Positions 13,555-27,139 of a DNA stretch of 64,000 nt are shown in pieces. Location: positions 39,062,001 through 39,126,000 of the forward strand of contig NC_045697.1 in NCBI RefSeq assembly GCF_009834535.1, written 5' to 3'. Position numbers and translations under genes: made by a program. The notes beneath the pieces are model-generated. The model made no database searches. It was not told where the DNA came from and saw only the letters and a program-made list of their open reading frames with translations. Numbering within the stretch: position 1 is the stretch's first letter; each line of letters opens with the position of its first letter. The DNA comes from Camelus ferus. Taxonomy: Eukaryota.

Positions 13555-14200
13555 TCTTAAGTAATAACTTAATTGATAGCAATTTACATACCATATAATT
13601 AACTGTGGATTGGCCTATTCTGGTCATTTCATATAAATGGAATCATATAATATGTGGTCCTTGGTAACTATCTTCTTTCACTTAGTATAATGTTTCAGGA
13701 TTCATCCATGTCATGTATATAGTACTTGTTTTCCTTTTATTGCCAAATAATATGCTCTTACATGGATAAGTAACATTTTGTTCATCTGTTTATCAGTTAA
13801 TAGATATTTGGATCATTTCTACTTTTTGGCTGTTACGACTAATACCGCTGTGACCATTCACATACAAGGTTTTGTTTAGTCACATGTTTCTATTTCTCTT
13901 GGGTAAATATACATGTAGGAATGGAATTGCTAGGCCATATAGTAATTATGTTTAATCATTTGAGGAACTGACACTTTTTCCCAAAGTGGTTGCACTATTT
14001 TACTATCCCACCAGTACTGTACAAGGGTTCCAAATTCTCCATATCATAACAAATACTTGTAAACATTTGTCATTTTGGTTGTAATCATCCTTGGGTGTGA
14101 AGTCTTCATGTGTCTGTGGTTTTGATTTGCATTTCCCTTATGGCTAATAATATTGTGCATCTTTTTGTGTGCTTATTGGCCATTTGTGTATCTTCTTTAC
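13555..14200 (-). mobile_element. Old L1M fragment (ORF2 end / 3' UTR)
   Basis: AATGGAATCATATAATATGTGG...GGAATTGCTAGGCCATAT...TTTTGATTTGCATTTCCCT motifs. Confidence 0.75.
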
Positions 14201-15360
14201 AAAAATATTTTTAACTTTTTTCTTTTACTTTCAACATTTTTTAAGCTGTCTTAAAATTCTTCCGGGTCAAAGTAGGCATTCAAACAAAGTAGGCATTCTG
14301 TTTACAGCTTATCAGTAACTACTGGCTAATAACAGCTGAATAGTGTCTTGGAACATATTTCACACTCATCAACACATGCTTTTGTTTTTCCACGCTGTCT
14401 TTTTCCTTGCCCCTTTTTAAAGACACATCTATTACTACAACTCATATATAGACAAAATGGTAACATTTATTGAGGGTTTTATGTGCCAGACACTGTGTTA
14501 AGTGTTCTGCACGTATTATCTTGATTTAAAATTTCACAATTCTAGGAAGTGAAGGTGCTATTATTACTTTTACAGATAAGGAAGCTTGCCCAAGGTCATA
14601 CTTACTATCTTGTGGCCAAAGAACAGATGAAAGCAAATTATCAGACTATTTTTTTCAATGTTTTGTGGTGACAACCCATGTCCAAAAAATACACCTTTCC
14701 TGCTTTTGAGTTTTAAATTCTTTAGTAATAAATCACTGGCCTCCTGTCTTCAGTTGCTCTCAGTCCCTTCCTGTGGCTTTATGATTATAATTTGCTTTAA
14801 CACTGACTTGACTATTTCATAAACCTTTTATCTACCACTTGAAACTTTTAGCTTAAAACAACAGGCTCCCCACTCAAAAATATTCTTGCTTTAAGCTAAC
14901 AGTTTCCAGTGGAGATGTATCATTTCAAGGATCAAAAAAAATTATCCAAGCCATAGCATCAGAAAATTTGAGTAGAATTTGAGTAGTTTCTTTTTGCTTG
15001 TTTTTGTTTTTTAAGAGTAATTCTAATTTTTTAAAAAGTTCCTTGATACCTGATCAAGATAATTTTTCAGTTCTTAATATTTAATGTAAGTAACATGGCA
15101 TTACTGTGAAAATTAAAAGGGCTGTGTGGATTCAGAAAGTCAATGATTTTTTTTTTGTCAGCAAAGCTGAAATAACTAGTTATGTGTATTCTGAATTAAA
15201 TTGCTTACCTTTCTAATACATGATAAAAATTGGTCATTTTTCCAGGAATAGGGGGGAAAATTCTTGTGAAAAAATGTTCAGTACTGAATGATGTGTATAT
15301 TGTTAGTGAGAATTGCATCTGCCTTATTATATATGAACACTAGTTATTATATTTTTACAG

Positions 15361-15444
15361 GCGAACGCCCATATAAATGTGAACTTTGTCCTTACTCTAG
15401 TTCTCAGAAGACTCACCTAACCAGACATATGCGTACTCATTCAG
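15361..15444 (+). CDS. REST: REST exon 3 (one zinc finger)
   Basis: TTTTACAG|GCGAACGCCCA..., encodes (G)[27 protein letters not shown], 84 nt, phase 1/1, donor CAG|GTTGGT. Confidence 0.97.
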
Positions 15445-18221
15445 GTTGGTAAGAAATGAAACTTTTCTGTCATTTTTAGTAAACTACCATTATAAGAAAG
15501 TTCTTCTAGACTTGGAACTGGGTCCTTATTTATGGTTTATTTTTAATATAATATTGAAATCAGAGTTAAAAATTAGGGATTTACTAGTGTGGAAGTTGTA
15601 TTTAAATGGAGATTCCTAACCGAGAAGTCCATAGGTGGAATTTCTAACACTGAATGTAAATGTATGTGTGCACCCAGAAGGGAGGAGGGTCCTTAATTGT
15701 TACCAGATCTTACCAAGTTCCACAACCGTAATAAAAGTTGAACAGCTATCATAGACCAAGGCTGGCTTATCCTTTTAAAATAACCTCTACCTCCTCATAC
15801 TCCTGCCAGACTCTTCTCCACCCCCCAACCCACAATGCCCCCAAACACAGTATAACGCCAAGTTTCATAGTGTGTGGTTCTGGTTCCAGGGATTCCTTCT
15901 TAGTTGCTCAGGTCCTTAAATTTGGGTTTGTTGTCTTGAGAGTTGATAGGGCTTCTGAGTACTGATTTACAAAAGCCAAACTTTGAAGAATGATAGATAT
16001 TCCAGGATCCCAGTTTATTAACCTATAATAGATAAAATGCAGGACTATAAGTGGGAGATTCATCCACTCCAGTGACTGAAATTATCATGATCACCAAGCA
16101 GAACTGGTCCTCTATCAAAATATGTAGAGTGGCAAAGGTAAAAAGCCATAGGCAGCATAGATAGTCTTGAATGGATAATTATTTCATTTTGGCCTCACTG
16201 ACCCTTGGTGAAGAGGCACATCTGATCAGAGTAGTCTCCTGGATTTACAGTATAGACCCCTGTGGAGAAAGTATGCAAAAATCTTGCTGTTTACCAAAGT
16301 CTGTCTAGACCCAATCCCCTCAAGTTAACAATTACCAGTTATCTGAAGTTAACAGTTCTATTGTTTCATTAGATAGCCAGGAGCCACATGTGGTTGTTGG
16401 GCTTGTAAAAGGTGGCTGGTTTGAATTGAGATGTATAAAATATATACCGTAATTTAAACAGTATCAAGAAAATTATGCAAAATATTTTAAATATTAATTA
16501 CTGAATACTGATACTGAATATATTTGGTTAAGTAAGTAGTAAAATTAATGTTACCTGTTTTTGTTTTTATCTTTGTAATGTGACCGTTAGGCAAATTAAA
16601 GTTACGTATGTTGCTCGCATTTTATTTCTATTGGATGTGGATATTTTTATGTCACTGGTTGAGTAAGACTTGATTACAGTATGGATTCTAAATTGAGCAG
16701 CAGTGAGGGGACCCAGCATGCTTGCTGGCCTTTCTTGACCTTACATGCCTATCATGTTATATAAGTTGAGTGTTCCTTTTTAATCTCCAAAGCTATTGAA
16801 TTGCATCACTTAACTGGAAACCTGATTTTAGTATTACTTTTGGGTGCTTCCTGCTTGCTTTTCCTGCGGGTAACATGGATGCTTTGTTGAGGGTAGACAT
16901 CATGTCCTACTAATAGTCATGCTCTAGCTCTTAAATAAAAAAATATTTAAGTGCTTTTCATGAGTTATCTCATTTTTGTTTTCATAGCTATCTTATGGTG
17001 TATAAGTTCTACTTTCCTCATTTTACAGAAGGGGAAACTAAGGCATTGAAGAAATGCCATTTTCCTGTCCGAATGTCCCCTCTTCTGGATTTGTCTTACT
17101 TGCTTTCTCATGGCATCATTTCATTTTTTCTCTGTCCCTGTACCTTGTATTATGTGTCCTTGTACACTGGAAATTAAATCTAAATACTTGTATTGTAGTT
17201 AATAACATGTCTCACTTGAAGTCATCTCTGATTGACCTATTATTAGTGTCGCTGGATCAGAATGACAACAGACTTGTGTCTTTTTAATTGAATTGCTAAT
17301 ACTTTAGTCACTGTATAAATGTTTATCTATGGTGTTTCACACCAGTCAGTAATTATTGCCTGCGTGTTTCCTACTCTTGAACTTCCTTTGCTATATTTTA
17401 AAGGTGATTTTTAGTAGTTGCTGTTACAGTACAGTATTCAAGTAGTAAGTATTTAAAAAGTGTTAATAATGTATAGTAGTATTTATCGTATGCATGCTGG
17501 GTACTGAAAAATTGGGACTTGTTTTTTCTAATCTTAGTACCACTAGAATACTTAAATCCTGGTTTATAGATTAGAACTGCAGCTTGGAGAAGATAAATGC
17601 TTTATCTAAGGTTGTCATTCCTCCAAGTTAGAAGAGTTAGGGTTTGGCTTCGGACTCCCCAACCCTCATTTTCAGTCATCAGCAGTGTTAAAAGGACATT
17701 GTGGCTCAGAAAATGGCTCAGGAAGCTACAGCATAATGAAATTGGAATCGCAAAGTACAGAGAGCAGAGCCTTTGTCTTTTATTGGATGCTAGTAATTTG
17801 TGAGTCACAAAGAGGAAGCAAGCACGGCCAGTCTGTTTTGTGTGTGAGTGTGCCGAATTATTTCTAGCCAATATTGTGTTTTAATAATTTTAGTATAAGT
17901 TGCTGATGACATGTACAAGTCAACTGAGGCTAAGTGAGGTCAAATTGGGTAAGTAATCTTTCTGACTGGGTTGCATGGAGTGAATATCTTGGGTGCCTTC
18001 CCTGTGATCTTTACAGGTCACATTAGGAATTGAGTTTCCTGTTCATGTGAATGTATTTTAGGGGAGAGAAGTGTGTGGTTAGTCTCTTATTTCTGGAAGA
18101 GATTAGCTAAAATGACAAAGAAATTGGTTTATGAATCAAAACTACATTGGTTATTTCCTTGGAGCACTTCCGTTAGAGTAGGTCTTCTCCCACCAAAGTA
18201 GGTGTTACTCTGCGTTTTATT

Positions 18222-18297
18222 TTACTTATTTTTTTTTTTAATTGAAGTAGTTAGTTACAACATGTCAGTTTCTGGTGTACAGCGCAATGTCCCAGTC
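18222..18297 (-). mobile_element. Very short 5'-truncated L1 insertion
   Basis: Poly-T plus L1 3' terminus flanked by TTACTCTGCGTTTTATT / TTACTCTGCATTTTATT duplication. Confidence 0.7.
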
Positions 18298-20356
18298 TTA
18301 CTCTGCATTTTATTGGTGTTCGTACATAATGGTTTTAAGGTATCTTACTTGGATAGTCTAGAGATCCTGACGTAATCCACAGCTCTTCCTTTCATATTCT
18401 CAGGATATGCTACCATTTCATCCTGGATGAAATACATGCAGTTTGTACTTGCCATTCTGATATTTTTGTAGATAACACACTGGGTGTGGATAATTCCCCC
18501 GATTAGGTAGCATAGGAGTTCATTTTGGATATTTTCCCATTATGAGCAAAATGGATATTCGTTAAGGGGAATTAACAGCTTGCCAAGTTCCACCTCCATT
18601 GACTGTTCTTTTTAAGAAGGAAAGAAAAGATTTTTTTTTTCAGCAAAAAAAATTTATTTTCCTGTCACCAAATATTTGATGATTATTATGGAGACACTAT
18701 TTTAAAAGCTGGGCCACTTGAAACATGGTTTGAGAATCTTCTTGTGAATTTTGAAATAATTTTTAAGCAGTATTTTATTGTGGCTTAATCTACACACATG
18801 AAAATGCACACATTAAGTATATAGGTCGGTGACTTTTATGTGTTTTTTTTCCTGTTTGACTACTGCCTAGGTGAAGACATGAAACGTTTCTACCACCCTC
18901 AAAAAGTTCCCTCCTTACCCTTCCTTGACAGTACTGCCAGGCTCCCCTCACCTGATACTCTGACTTCCATCAAAAAACATTATGTTCTTCTGTAAAATAT
19001 TTTTGAGATTCATCCCATGCTGCATTATCAGAACTTTGTGTTTAGTGCTGAGTAGTAATCAATTATATGCCCCTCTTACTCTTTAATTAAAACGTTCCCT
19101 TGCTATTTTTTCTGAGCTATTCTTAATAAGAATGTGTAAAGCTTGTAAAAATATTTTTCCTTTTGAATTTGCCTGACATCTATACATTAATTTGGAAAGA
19201 ATAAAATAGACATCCGACACATTTATAAAGATGAAAAACAGGTAAATATTACTAGAATTGGAAAAGAGAATTAAGTTAAAACTATTGGTACAGGGCAAAA
19301 AAATTTATAATCAGCTAGATACTAATAAACTAAACTTTTGATGACTAGATCTTTTAATACAAGAAAGATTTAATGGCAATAAAACAAAAATGGAGGCAGG
19401 ATGAATGGAGCAAGTAAATGATGCCATCATAGTTTAAAAGAGTCCTGCAAATTCCGATTCCCTGAGCATTTCATAGGTGGAGGCTTGTACCTTGCTTGAT
19501 GCGGGCTCTATAAATACCATTATTCATTGGGGCTTTTAAAATGGCAACATTTTCATTATAATTTTTTTTTTATGAGAGCAAATGTTTTCCTAAAGATGTA
19601 AAATCCATTCACTAGCTATTTACTTACTCGGAGGTAGGGTTTATTTGGTAAAGCAGGATAAACACATGAAATCTTCCATTTTGTTTACTCATATTGAAAA
19701 TTACCAGCTCATTCCAAAAGTGATGATTTACAGGTAATGCATAGTGACTGCTTGGCTATCCACTCTGTGCTAAGTGCTGTATGTGGATTAGATTATAGCC
19801 CACAACACCTAACATTGTTTCACAGATGAGGAAATCGAGCCTTATAAAGGAGTTTTCAGTAGTTTGCTGAAGATCTCATAGTAAGTTGCAGAGCCCATAT
19901 TTGCCCCCCGCCGCCCCAGAAATCCTTACTGTAGAACAAGTTCTTAACATCTGTTCCACATATATTTTCCCCATTCTGTGTCTATGTTAAGCAAATGTTT
20001 GTCTCCACTGAAATCATTCAATGGAGAGGACAAGGTAGGGCCAAGTATAGAGTAATAATAGCATGTTGTTAGAAACCTCTGTGAATCTGTTAGTGGACAA
20101 ATGCAGAAGAGTTGTCCGGTTAGCTTCATATTCAGTCTGTCATACCTGGGTAAATTTTTGTTTCTGTGATTGAGTATTTTATTATCAGATATCTTCTAAT
20201 CATGTAAAGCTTACTATCTACATGGTTTTACTTAATGTCTGAGTATTATTGCTTTATGAAAAAAATAAGATTTGATATGAATATGAGAATGTTTGAGAGA
20301 TGACTTTTTCATAAATGTCAATTTCCATTTTTCTGCTATGCATTCCGTTGGACCAG

Positions 20357-20418
20357 TGGGGTATGGATACCTTTTGGTAATATTTACTAGAGTATGATCT
20401 AGATGGGTATGTATTCAG
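20357..20418 (+). other. REST: REST neural-specific alternative exon N (REST4 cassette)
   Basis: Acceptors at 20356 and 20390, donors after 20360, 20406 and 20418, giving 4/16/50/62-nt forms; TGC motifs between pyrimidine tract and AG. Confidence 0.88.
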
Positions 20419-21288
20419 GTAGAATGAGTTAATTTTATGCCTTTAATTTGGGGGTGGGGGGCTTCTGGTCTTGTATGTACCTGTGATTATGACTTTCTTT
20501 GCTTATTTTACATACCATATCTATTTGTGTGCCCCTTTTCATTTACCTAGTTTCTTTGCCCATTCTTTAGAAGAAGGTGGGGAAAAAATCAAGAGCAGAT
20601 TTCTGATTTGTCTATGTTTGTTGTAAAATAGCGACTCTGTCACTGGAAAAGTCTGCTGAGTGAAACTTGACTCAGCTCTTGCCACAATGGACAAAAGAGT
20701 TAAATTTAGAGAGAAAGTCATTTGCTCCCATTTGCTCCTTGAGGTCAAAGGATTGTTTTAAAATTCTGACATGGAAGCTAAGGGAGTGTAGCCTAGAATG
20801 TAAGATACTTCTTTTGTAGTCTCAAGGTTTATCTTAAATGTATGGAAATTTTATATTTTATTCCATTATACATTTGTTTTAGCTAAACATAAAAAATTAA
20901 AAATTATCTTCTCTCTTTGAATGTCCTTGCCCCAAAATTAATATGGGGAGCCCAAGTAACTTTGGCAATAATTGTTGTGTACTTCTTGATGAATCTGTGT
21001 TCTTTACTAGTACTCAAGAGCCCTAGCTTGATGACCTTTTTAGAAGATGAGGATTAACTGAGATAATTATTCCTCCATTTGGTGTGAGAATCAATGTCAA
21101 GGGATAGGGAAAAGATATACAAATAAATATGGTGAATGTAAATTGCATGACAAAGTCTTCAAGAAATAGTTTTTATGTTTTTTGTTTGTTTTTTTAACAT
21201 GTATCCAATTCCTTGTAAGTATAATTGACTAGATCTTGAATTCATTTCTTCATGTATGTCTTCTGTGACATCTCTTGTTTACTTTCAG

Positions 21289-23222
21289 GTGAGAAGCCAT
21301 TTAAGTGTGACCAGTGCAGTTATGTGGCCTCTAATCAACACGAAGTAACCCGCCATGCAAGACAGGTTCACAATGGGCCTAAACCTCTTAACTGCCCACA
21401 CTGTGACTACAAAACAGCAGATAGAAGTAATTTCAAAAAACACGTAGAGCTACATGTGAATCCACGGCAGTTCAATTGCCCTGTATGCGACTATGCAGCT
21501 TCCAAGAAGTGCAATCTGCAGTATCACTTCAAATCTAAGCATCCTACTTGCCCTGATAAAACAATGGATGTCTCAAAAGTGAAACTGAAGAAAACCAAAA
21601 AGCGAGAGGCTGACTTGCCTGATAACAAAATTACTGATGAGAAAACAGAAACAGAGCAGACGAAAGTAAAGGGGGATGTGTCTGGGAAGAAAAATGAGAG
21701 GTCTGTAAAAGTGGAGAAAAAAGATAATGTTTCAAAAGAGAAAAAGCCTTGCAGTAGTGCCTCAACCCAAGTGGCTACCAGAACTCGCAAATCAGCCGCG
21801 GAAACTAAAGAAGTAGATGTGCATACAGGAAATAACTCAGAAAAAACCTTTAAAACCAAGAAAAGCAAAAGGAAGATGGAAGCTGAAGCCCATTCCTTGC
21901 AAGATCCTGTTAATGATGAGGAACCTGTGACAAAAAAGAAAAAGAAGGCAGAAAGCAAATCCAAAAATAGTCAGGAAGTGCCAAAGGGTGACAGCAAAGT
22001 AGATGAGAATAAAAAACAAAATATTTACATGAAAAAAGGTACGAAGAAGAAGACTCTGAAAAATAAACCATGTAAAAAAAGCAGCAAGCCTGCTCAGAGG
22101 GAGACTGTTCAGAGGAGGCCTTCTCAGGTGGAGCCTGCACAGGTGGGGCCTGCGCAGACAGAGCCTCTGCCTCCCACGGCATCTGCTCAGGGGCGGCCTG
22201 TTCAGACGGAAGCAACTCCCCCCGTGGGGCCTGCTGAGGTCGAGTTTGTTCAGAAGGGGCCTGTGCACATGGAGCCTCCTCTAACCATGGGGCCTGCTGA
22301 GGTCGAGGTTGTTCAGAAGGGGCTTGTTGAGATGGAGCCGCCTCCTCCCACGGAGCTGATCCCCAAAAGGTCTCCTCGAAAAGATAATAAGGAAAAGTCC
22401 AACATGCAGGGTGAAGTAGCACAGAAAGAGCAGGTCCTTATTGAAGTTGGCTTAGTGCCTGTTGCAGATAGGCCGCTTCTAAAGGAAAGCGCCGGTACAC
22501 AGGATCTCTTAGCACCGTCACCACCTCTGCCAAAGGAAAACGTAAAGGAAGAGGAGACAAAAGACCAAAAATTATTCACTGCAGACGAAGGAGATAAAGA
22601 AGCCCCTCTTCAAAAAGTGGAAGCAGAAGAGGCAGATAAGAGTCTAGTTGGTCTTGCTGCTGTTACCAAGGAATCTGCCCCTATTTCATCCTCTGAACAA
22701 AACTTGAATTTGCCAGAGGGTGAAACTTTAGATGGTGGACATCAAGCTGACACTGTGCTTTGTGAAATGGAAGTGGATACTGAGGAGAACAAAACAGAGA
22801 ATCCCTCTGGCAGAGACTTGGCAGTTGAAGAGCCAGTTCCACCACCGCTTCTTCCTATTCCACTGGAGAAACATGAAGCAGTGTCCAAAACTGCTGTGGC
22901 ATCACCTCCTGTCACCATGGCAGTAAATGAGTCTCAGGAAATGGATGAAGACGAAGGCATCCACAGTCACGACGGAAGTGACCTAAGTGACAACTTGTCA
23001 GAGGATAGTGATGATTCTGGATTGAATGGGGCTCGGCAACTTCCACAAGAAGCTAGTAGAAAGAATGCAAAGGAAGCCTCCGCAGTCAAGGTGACTGAGG
23101 GAGATTTTGTTTGTATCTTCTGTGATCGGTCTTTTAGAAAGGAGAAAGATTACAGCAAACACCTCAATCGTCATTTGGTTAATGTGTACTTCCTTGAAAA
23201 GGCAGCTCAAGGGCAGGAGTAG
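21289..23222 (+). CDS. REST: REST last coding exon (exon 4)
   Basis: TTTCAG|GTGAGAAG; fingers (G)EKPFKCDQC..., Lys-rich region, Pro-rich repeats, DEGIHS degron, C-terminal finger CIFCDRSFRKEKDYSKHLNRH, stop TAG. Joined CDS 895+84+1934=2913 nt = 970 aa. Confidence 0.98.
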
Positions 23223-26200
23223 TTAAACTTTGGAGAAAGCTTCAGTTCTTAATTTGTAAGGTCTATGACATTTTATCTTCATTTGTAGTTGCAGACAACT
23301 TTTTGTTTTTAAAATTGCTTTAATAAGTGTTCAGTCTTGAGTTTTAAATGGCACTCTTAGGACTCCGTATACCTACTGATATGTAAATTTTAGTAAATCC
23401 AAGGGAGTTAGTGTGCTAAACCAGCAGATACCTAAATCTGTTAGCTTATGCATTTAATTGAACCAGTAAGGCCCAGGTGATACTACATATTCTATTGCTT
23501 TGCCCAGATACAACTTCTCAGTTTTTTTCCCATGTCTGTCTTCCTCTTTCACTTTGTTTATTCTTAGTTCCTTGTTTAGCTCTATAAAAATTGGCATACT
23601 CAAGCAATTTGAGTATTTGCCTGCTTTATATAAAGTTAGCACTTTAAAATTGTTTTAGTGATGAGAAGAGACATTTAAATTGAAGAGAAATTCTCCCAAC
23701 AATGGACATTGTATCAGTCCAGGTATTTACTTCTTGAGTTTTGATCAAATGTACTTATTTGTGTATATGTTAATCATCATAAAAAACATTGATTTTGGTG
23801 TGTTTTTTAATTTTGGTGCTTTAATGGCTTAATACGTTGCACATTTAAAAAATCTATGCAGTTACATTTTTTGTAGAAATAGCATTTGTGTTGAACAGTA
23901 GTACTTTATACATGTATTTGCCTGTATTTTTTTTCCTCTTTGGAGGGATGCTTTTAATCTTGTTTGCAAAAGGGCAGGTTTTTTGTTATGTTTTGTTTTG
24001 TTTTTCTTTGCTGCAACTTTCTTTTTTTCCAGATTATTAGTGTGTGCAAATTTGTGAGCAAATGAAACATGCAGGTTCAATTCATTGATTCTGATATTCA
24101 CATCTATGCCAGAATCTGCATTTCATGTAAGTTATTTATTTTAAGTGGATGTTGTGAATTCACAGCTGTTTGAACTTTACAATAAATGAACCACTAGGCT
24201 CTATGTGGAATGGATTTTTATCCCAAATACCAACCATCAGTAAAAAATTTTGGCCTGTTTTAGTATAGCTGCTTCCTACATGTACAGTTGTTAGGTTATA
24301 TCCTTGAGGAAAATCTTTTTTCACAGATGGTTGGTGTTTATTTGTCTACTCAGCTGAATAAAGAACTGTAAATGATATTTGGAAATACAAACCTGGAATT
24401 AGGAGACGTAATTACTCTTTCAGGTTATACAGAATATGTTTGTGAGATTCCAAAGCCATAGCAATTATATGGAAAACCTAGGATAAGAAAGGTAGTGTGA
24501 GTGCTGGTAGACCAGCTGCAACTTCCTATGAATACAATGAAAAAGGCTGGTGAAACTTAAGTACAGTCCAGATTAAAAATCACACTTCTCAGGGATCTCC
24601 ACCTACTTGTGGGTGTCCTGGCTGTTCCTGTGACCGCCTTTTTTCCAGGTGAGGCCTCAGTGAATTGCAGCTGTTCTGGTGTTCCTATGGGGACACTTTG
24701 TATGGAGGAATATGTACTCCCAGGCTTTGTTGGTAGGTTCTTTAGCCAGTCATCAAAGACTATGAAGGAGTCTAACAAAGAATTTTTCTTGTTGATAGCA
24801 GTTATTCATTGTAATCCAATAAAGTATGATCCCAGTAGGGAACCTTGAACAGTTTAGATCCTCCCATGTTGTATTCTGAAATAACCACTCTGTATTTCAT
24901 TTATTTTCTTTTGTCTGGTGATCTCTGAGGCAGGATTCAGAGTTTGGCAATGCAACATGAAAGTAGGAAAAGTATTGAAGTGTGGGTGGAAAACTTGTTA
25001 AAAATCTGAAAGTTTGAAGTTTAAGCTAAAAGGCATTTGAATTTGGAATTGGGAGGCCAAAGATTTAAAGAAGCGGAAGATTCCCTCAAGACATGAGGAG
25101 TAAGTTGTATTTTGCTTGTGTGTTTTGTGTGCATGATGGAGATTTGTAAATGATGTTGAACTCTGGGTGAATTCTCAGCTCCGACAATCATTGTCAACAT
25201 AAAATCAAGCTGCAAATATTTATGTTTTAAATCTTAAATTATAAGTCTAGTTAAATCTTTCTAACAACTAGTTTTAATGTTCATGGGTACATTTTGTGTA
25301 AGTTACTTTTTACAGTATATATGAAAAGATTCATGCTAAGTACAAATTATAGATTGGAGATCAGTTTGGGGAATAGGTTTTTGTGGATTTGTTGATACTT
25401 TAAAAGAAAAAGATTTGATTTCTGAGGAATTGGACCAATTTTCTTATCTAGATTTTAAGACTAGAATGCCCAAAGCAGAAGTATGAAGGAAATTACAACC
25501 CTTTATTAAAGTGATCCGTGAAAATATTGTTACTGGAAATTGAGTGGACTTGAGTCCTTGATTCCAGAAAATAAGGATTTGATTGTCAGGCCTATATTAG
25601 GTTCTGAACCTTAATGCCATGTATTTGTACTTATTAAAAATTGTTTCAGTGAAAATTATGTTAGTAATACGAACTTCTGGTCTAGTTGGGAGTTCATTTG
25701 AAAAATGTGGTATTTGCATGGGACTGTTTGAATCTTTTTGTTTTTTCAGTTTCCCCTTCTGGATAGGATTGAAGCTAGAATTTTCCCTTTTGATAAAGGA
25801 ATAAAAACTAAACACGTTATTTGTAAATTAATGATTAGTACTAGAGAGAAAGTTGAAATACTTAGAATACATTATAAGCCTCATCCTAGGTAGCCATATA
25901 AAAATATCAATTTTAACTGTCTTCTGAACCTGTATTCACATTGGTTTTTCAAGATATTTTAAGTTATATTTTTCCTCTTTTCAGGGCTGCTTCTATGGGA
26001 CTGCTTTTTTTTTTTCTTTTTCTTTTCTTTTTTTTTTTTGGTAAATTGAGGTGTAATTCACATAGGGCTGCATTTTTTGTTACGGTTTTTTTACAACTAT
26101 GGTTCAGTGTTTTACTCTAGTCTTCCAAGAAGGGCCATTTTACTTTATAGAGTCACTTCTAAAGTCAAGTGGTCTTTAACTCTGGGGACTATTTTGCATA

Positions 26201-26875
26201 TGAATGCTAATTCAGATTTAAGCTTAAGTCATCACGTATCACCCCATGAATGTTGACAATGGAAGTAATACCTTTCCTGTAGTTTCAGTTCTTGACTGAA
26301 AAGCTGGAAGGAACTTCATTTTCTTTTTTTGCACATATCAGGAAAACAGCTATTGTGCAGTTACCTTGTTGACCTCAGCAGATAAACTGGACTGATAGTG
26401 TTATTCAGATTTAAGAAATTATCTGAATCTTGGTTTGTGTAGATTTGTGATCTACATGCAATATTAACTAGATTGGATAGATTTTACATTTTCGTATATA
26501 TACATAGGCTCTTCCCACTCCTCAGCATCCATTAGTTTATTGAACTTTGTAAGCTGGCATTGAAACGTTATAATGTTTTGTTGCACCAGTTTTATAAGCT
26601 TCTACAGTGCAATACATGTTATGTTTCAGAGACAAACCAAAGGTTAATTTCTCAAGGTTCTTGCTGTTTGCTTTAGCAGCATTTGATGGAGTTATACATT
26701 TATAATAGATGAAAAATAAACCAGATTGCAGATCGGTTTTTTTTTTTTTTAAAGCAAACCATGTACCAAGTTTTTGGTCCAAATTGTGTAGGATAAGTTA
26801 AATTGCATTCTATTAACCAGTATGAGTGTATTATAAGTATAGTTATGTTGAAATAAAGTGTTAAAAAGCATTTTA
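23223..26875 (+). other. REST: REST 3' UTR (distal end approximate)
   Basis: AT-rich, no recognisable interspersed repeats; AATAAA at 24181, about 24357 and 26852-26857, the last followed by a T/GT-rich tract. Confidence 0.7.
26852..26857 (+). terminator. REST: Probable distal REST polyadenylation signal
   Basis: AATAAA with upstream TGTA and downstream TTTTATGCCTTTGTTTATT. Confidence 0.65.
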
Positions 26876-27139
26876 TGCCTTTGTTTATTATTGGTACATC
26901 ACGTATCCAGGACATCAAGTTTATTTGGCTGGAATTTCAGGTGTGTTAATTTTTGAAGTCTTTTACCCTAGATAACCCACAGTAGATAGAAAGGTTGTGG
27001 TAATCCTTGTTTGGGGTAGCAATCCAGTAGGTAGTAGTCCAAAACCTGTCTTCCTATAATCTTCCTGGAAGGTGAGGGTGGAGGTAGGGAAGAAGCAACC
27101 TATAGTAATTCCTTCCCAATCACAGTTCCCTTTAACATT

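Noticed and set aside
21252..21288. ATG start of the 656-aa ORF
   Set aside because: Lies in the intron's pyrimidine tract; the exon begins at 21289.
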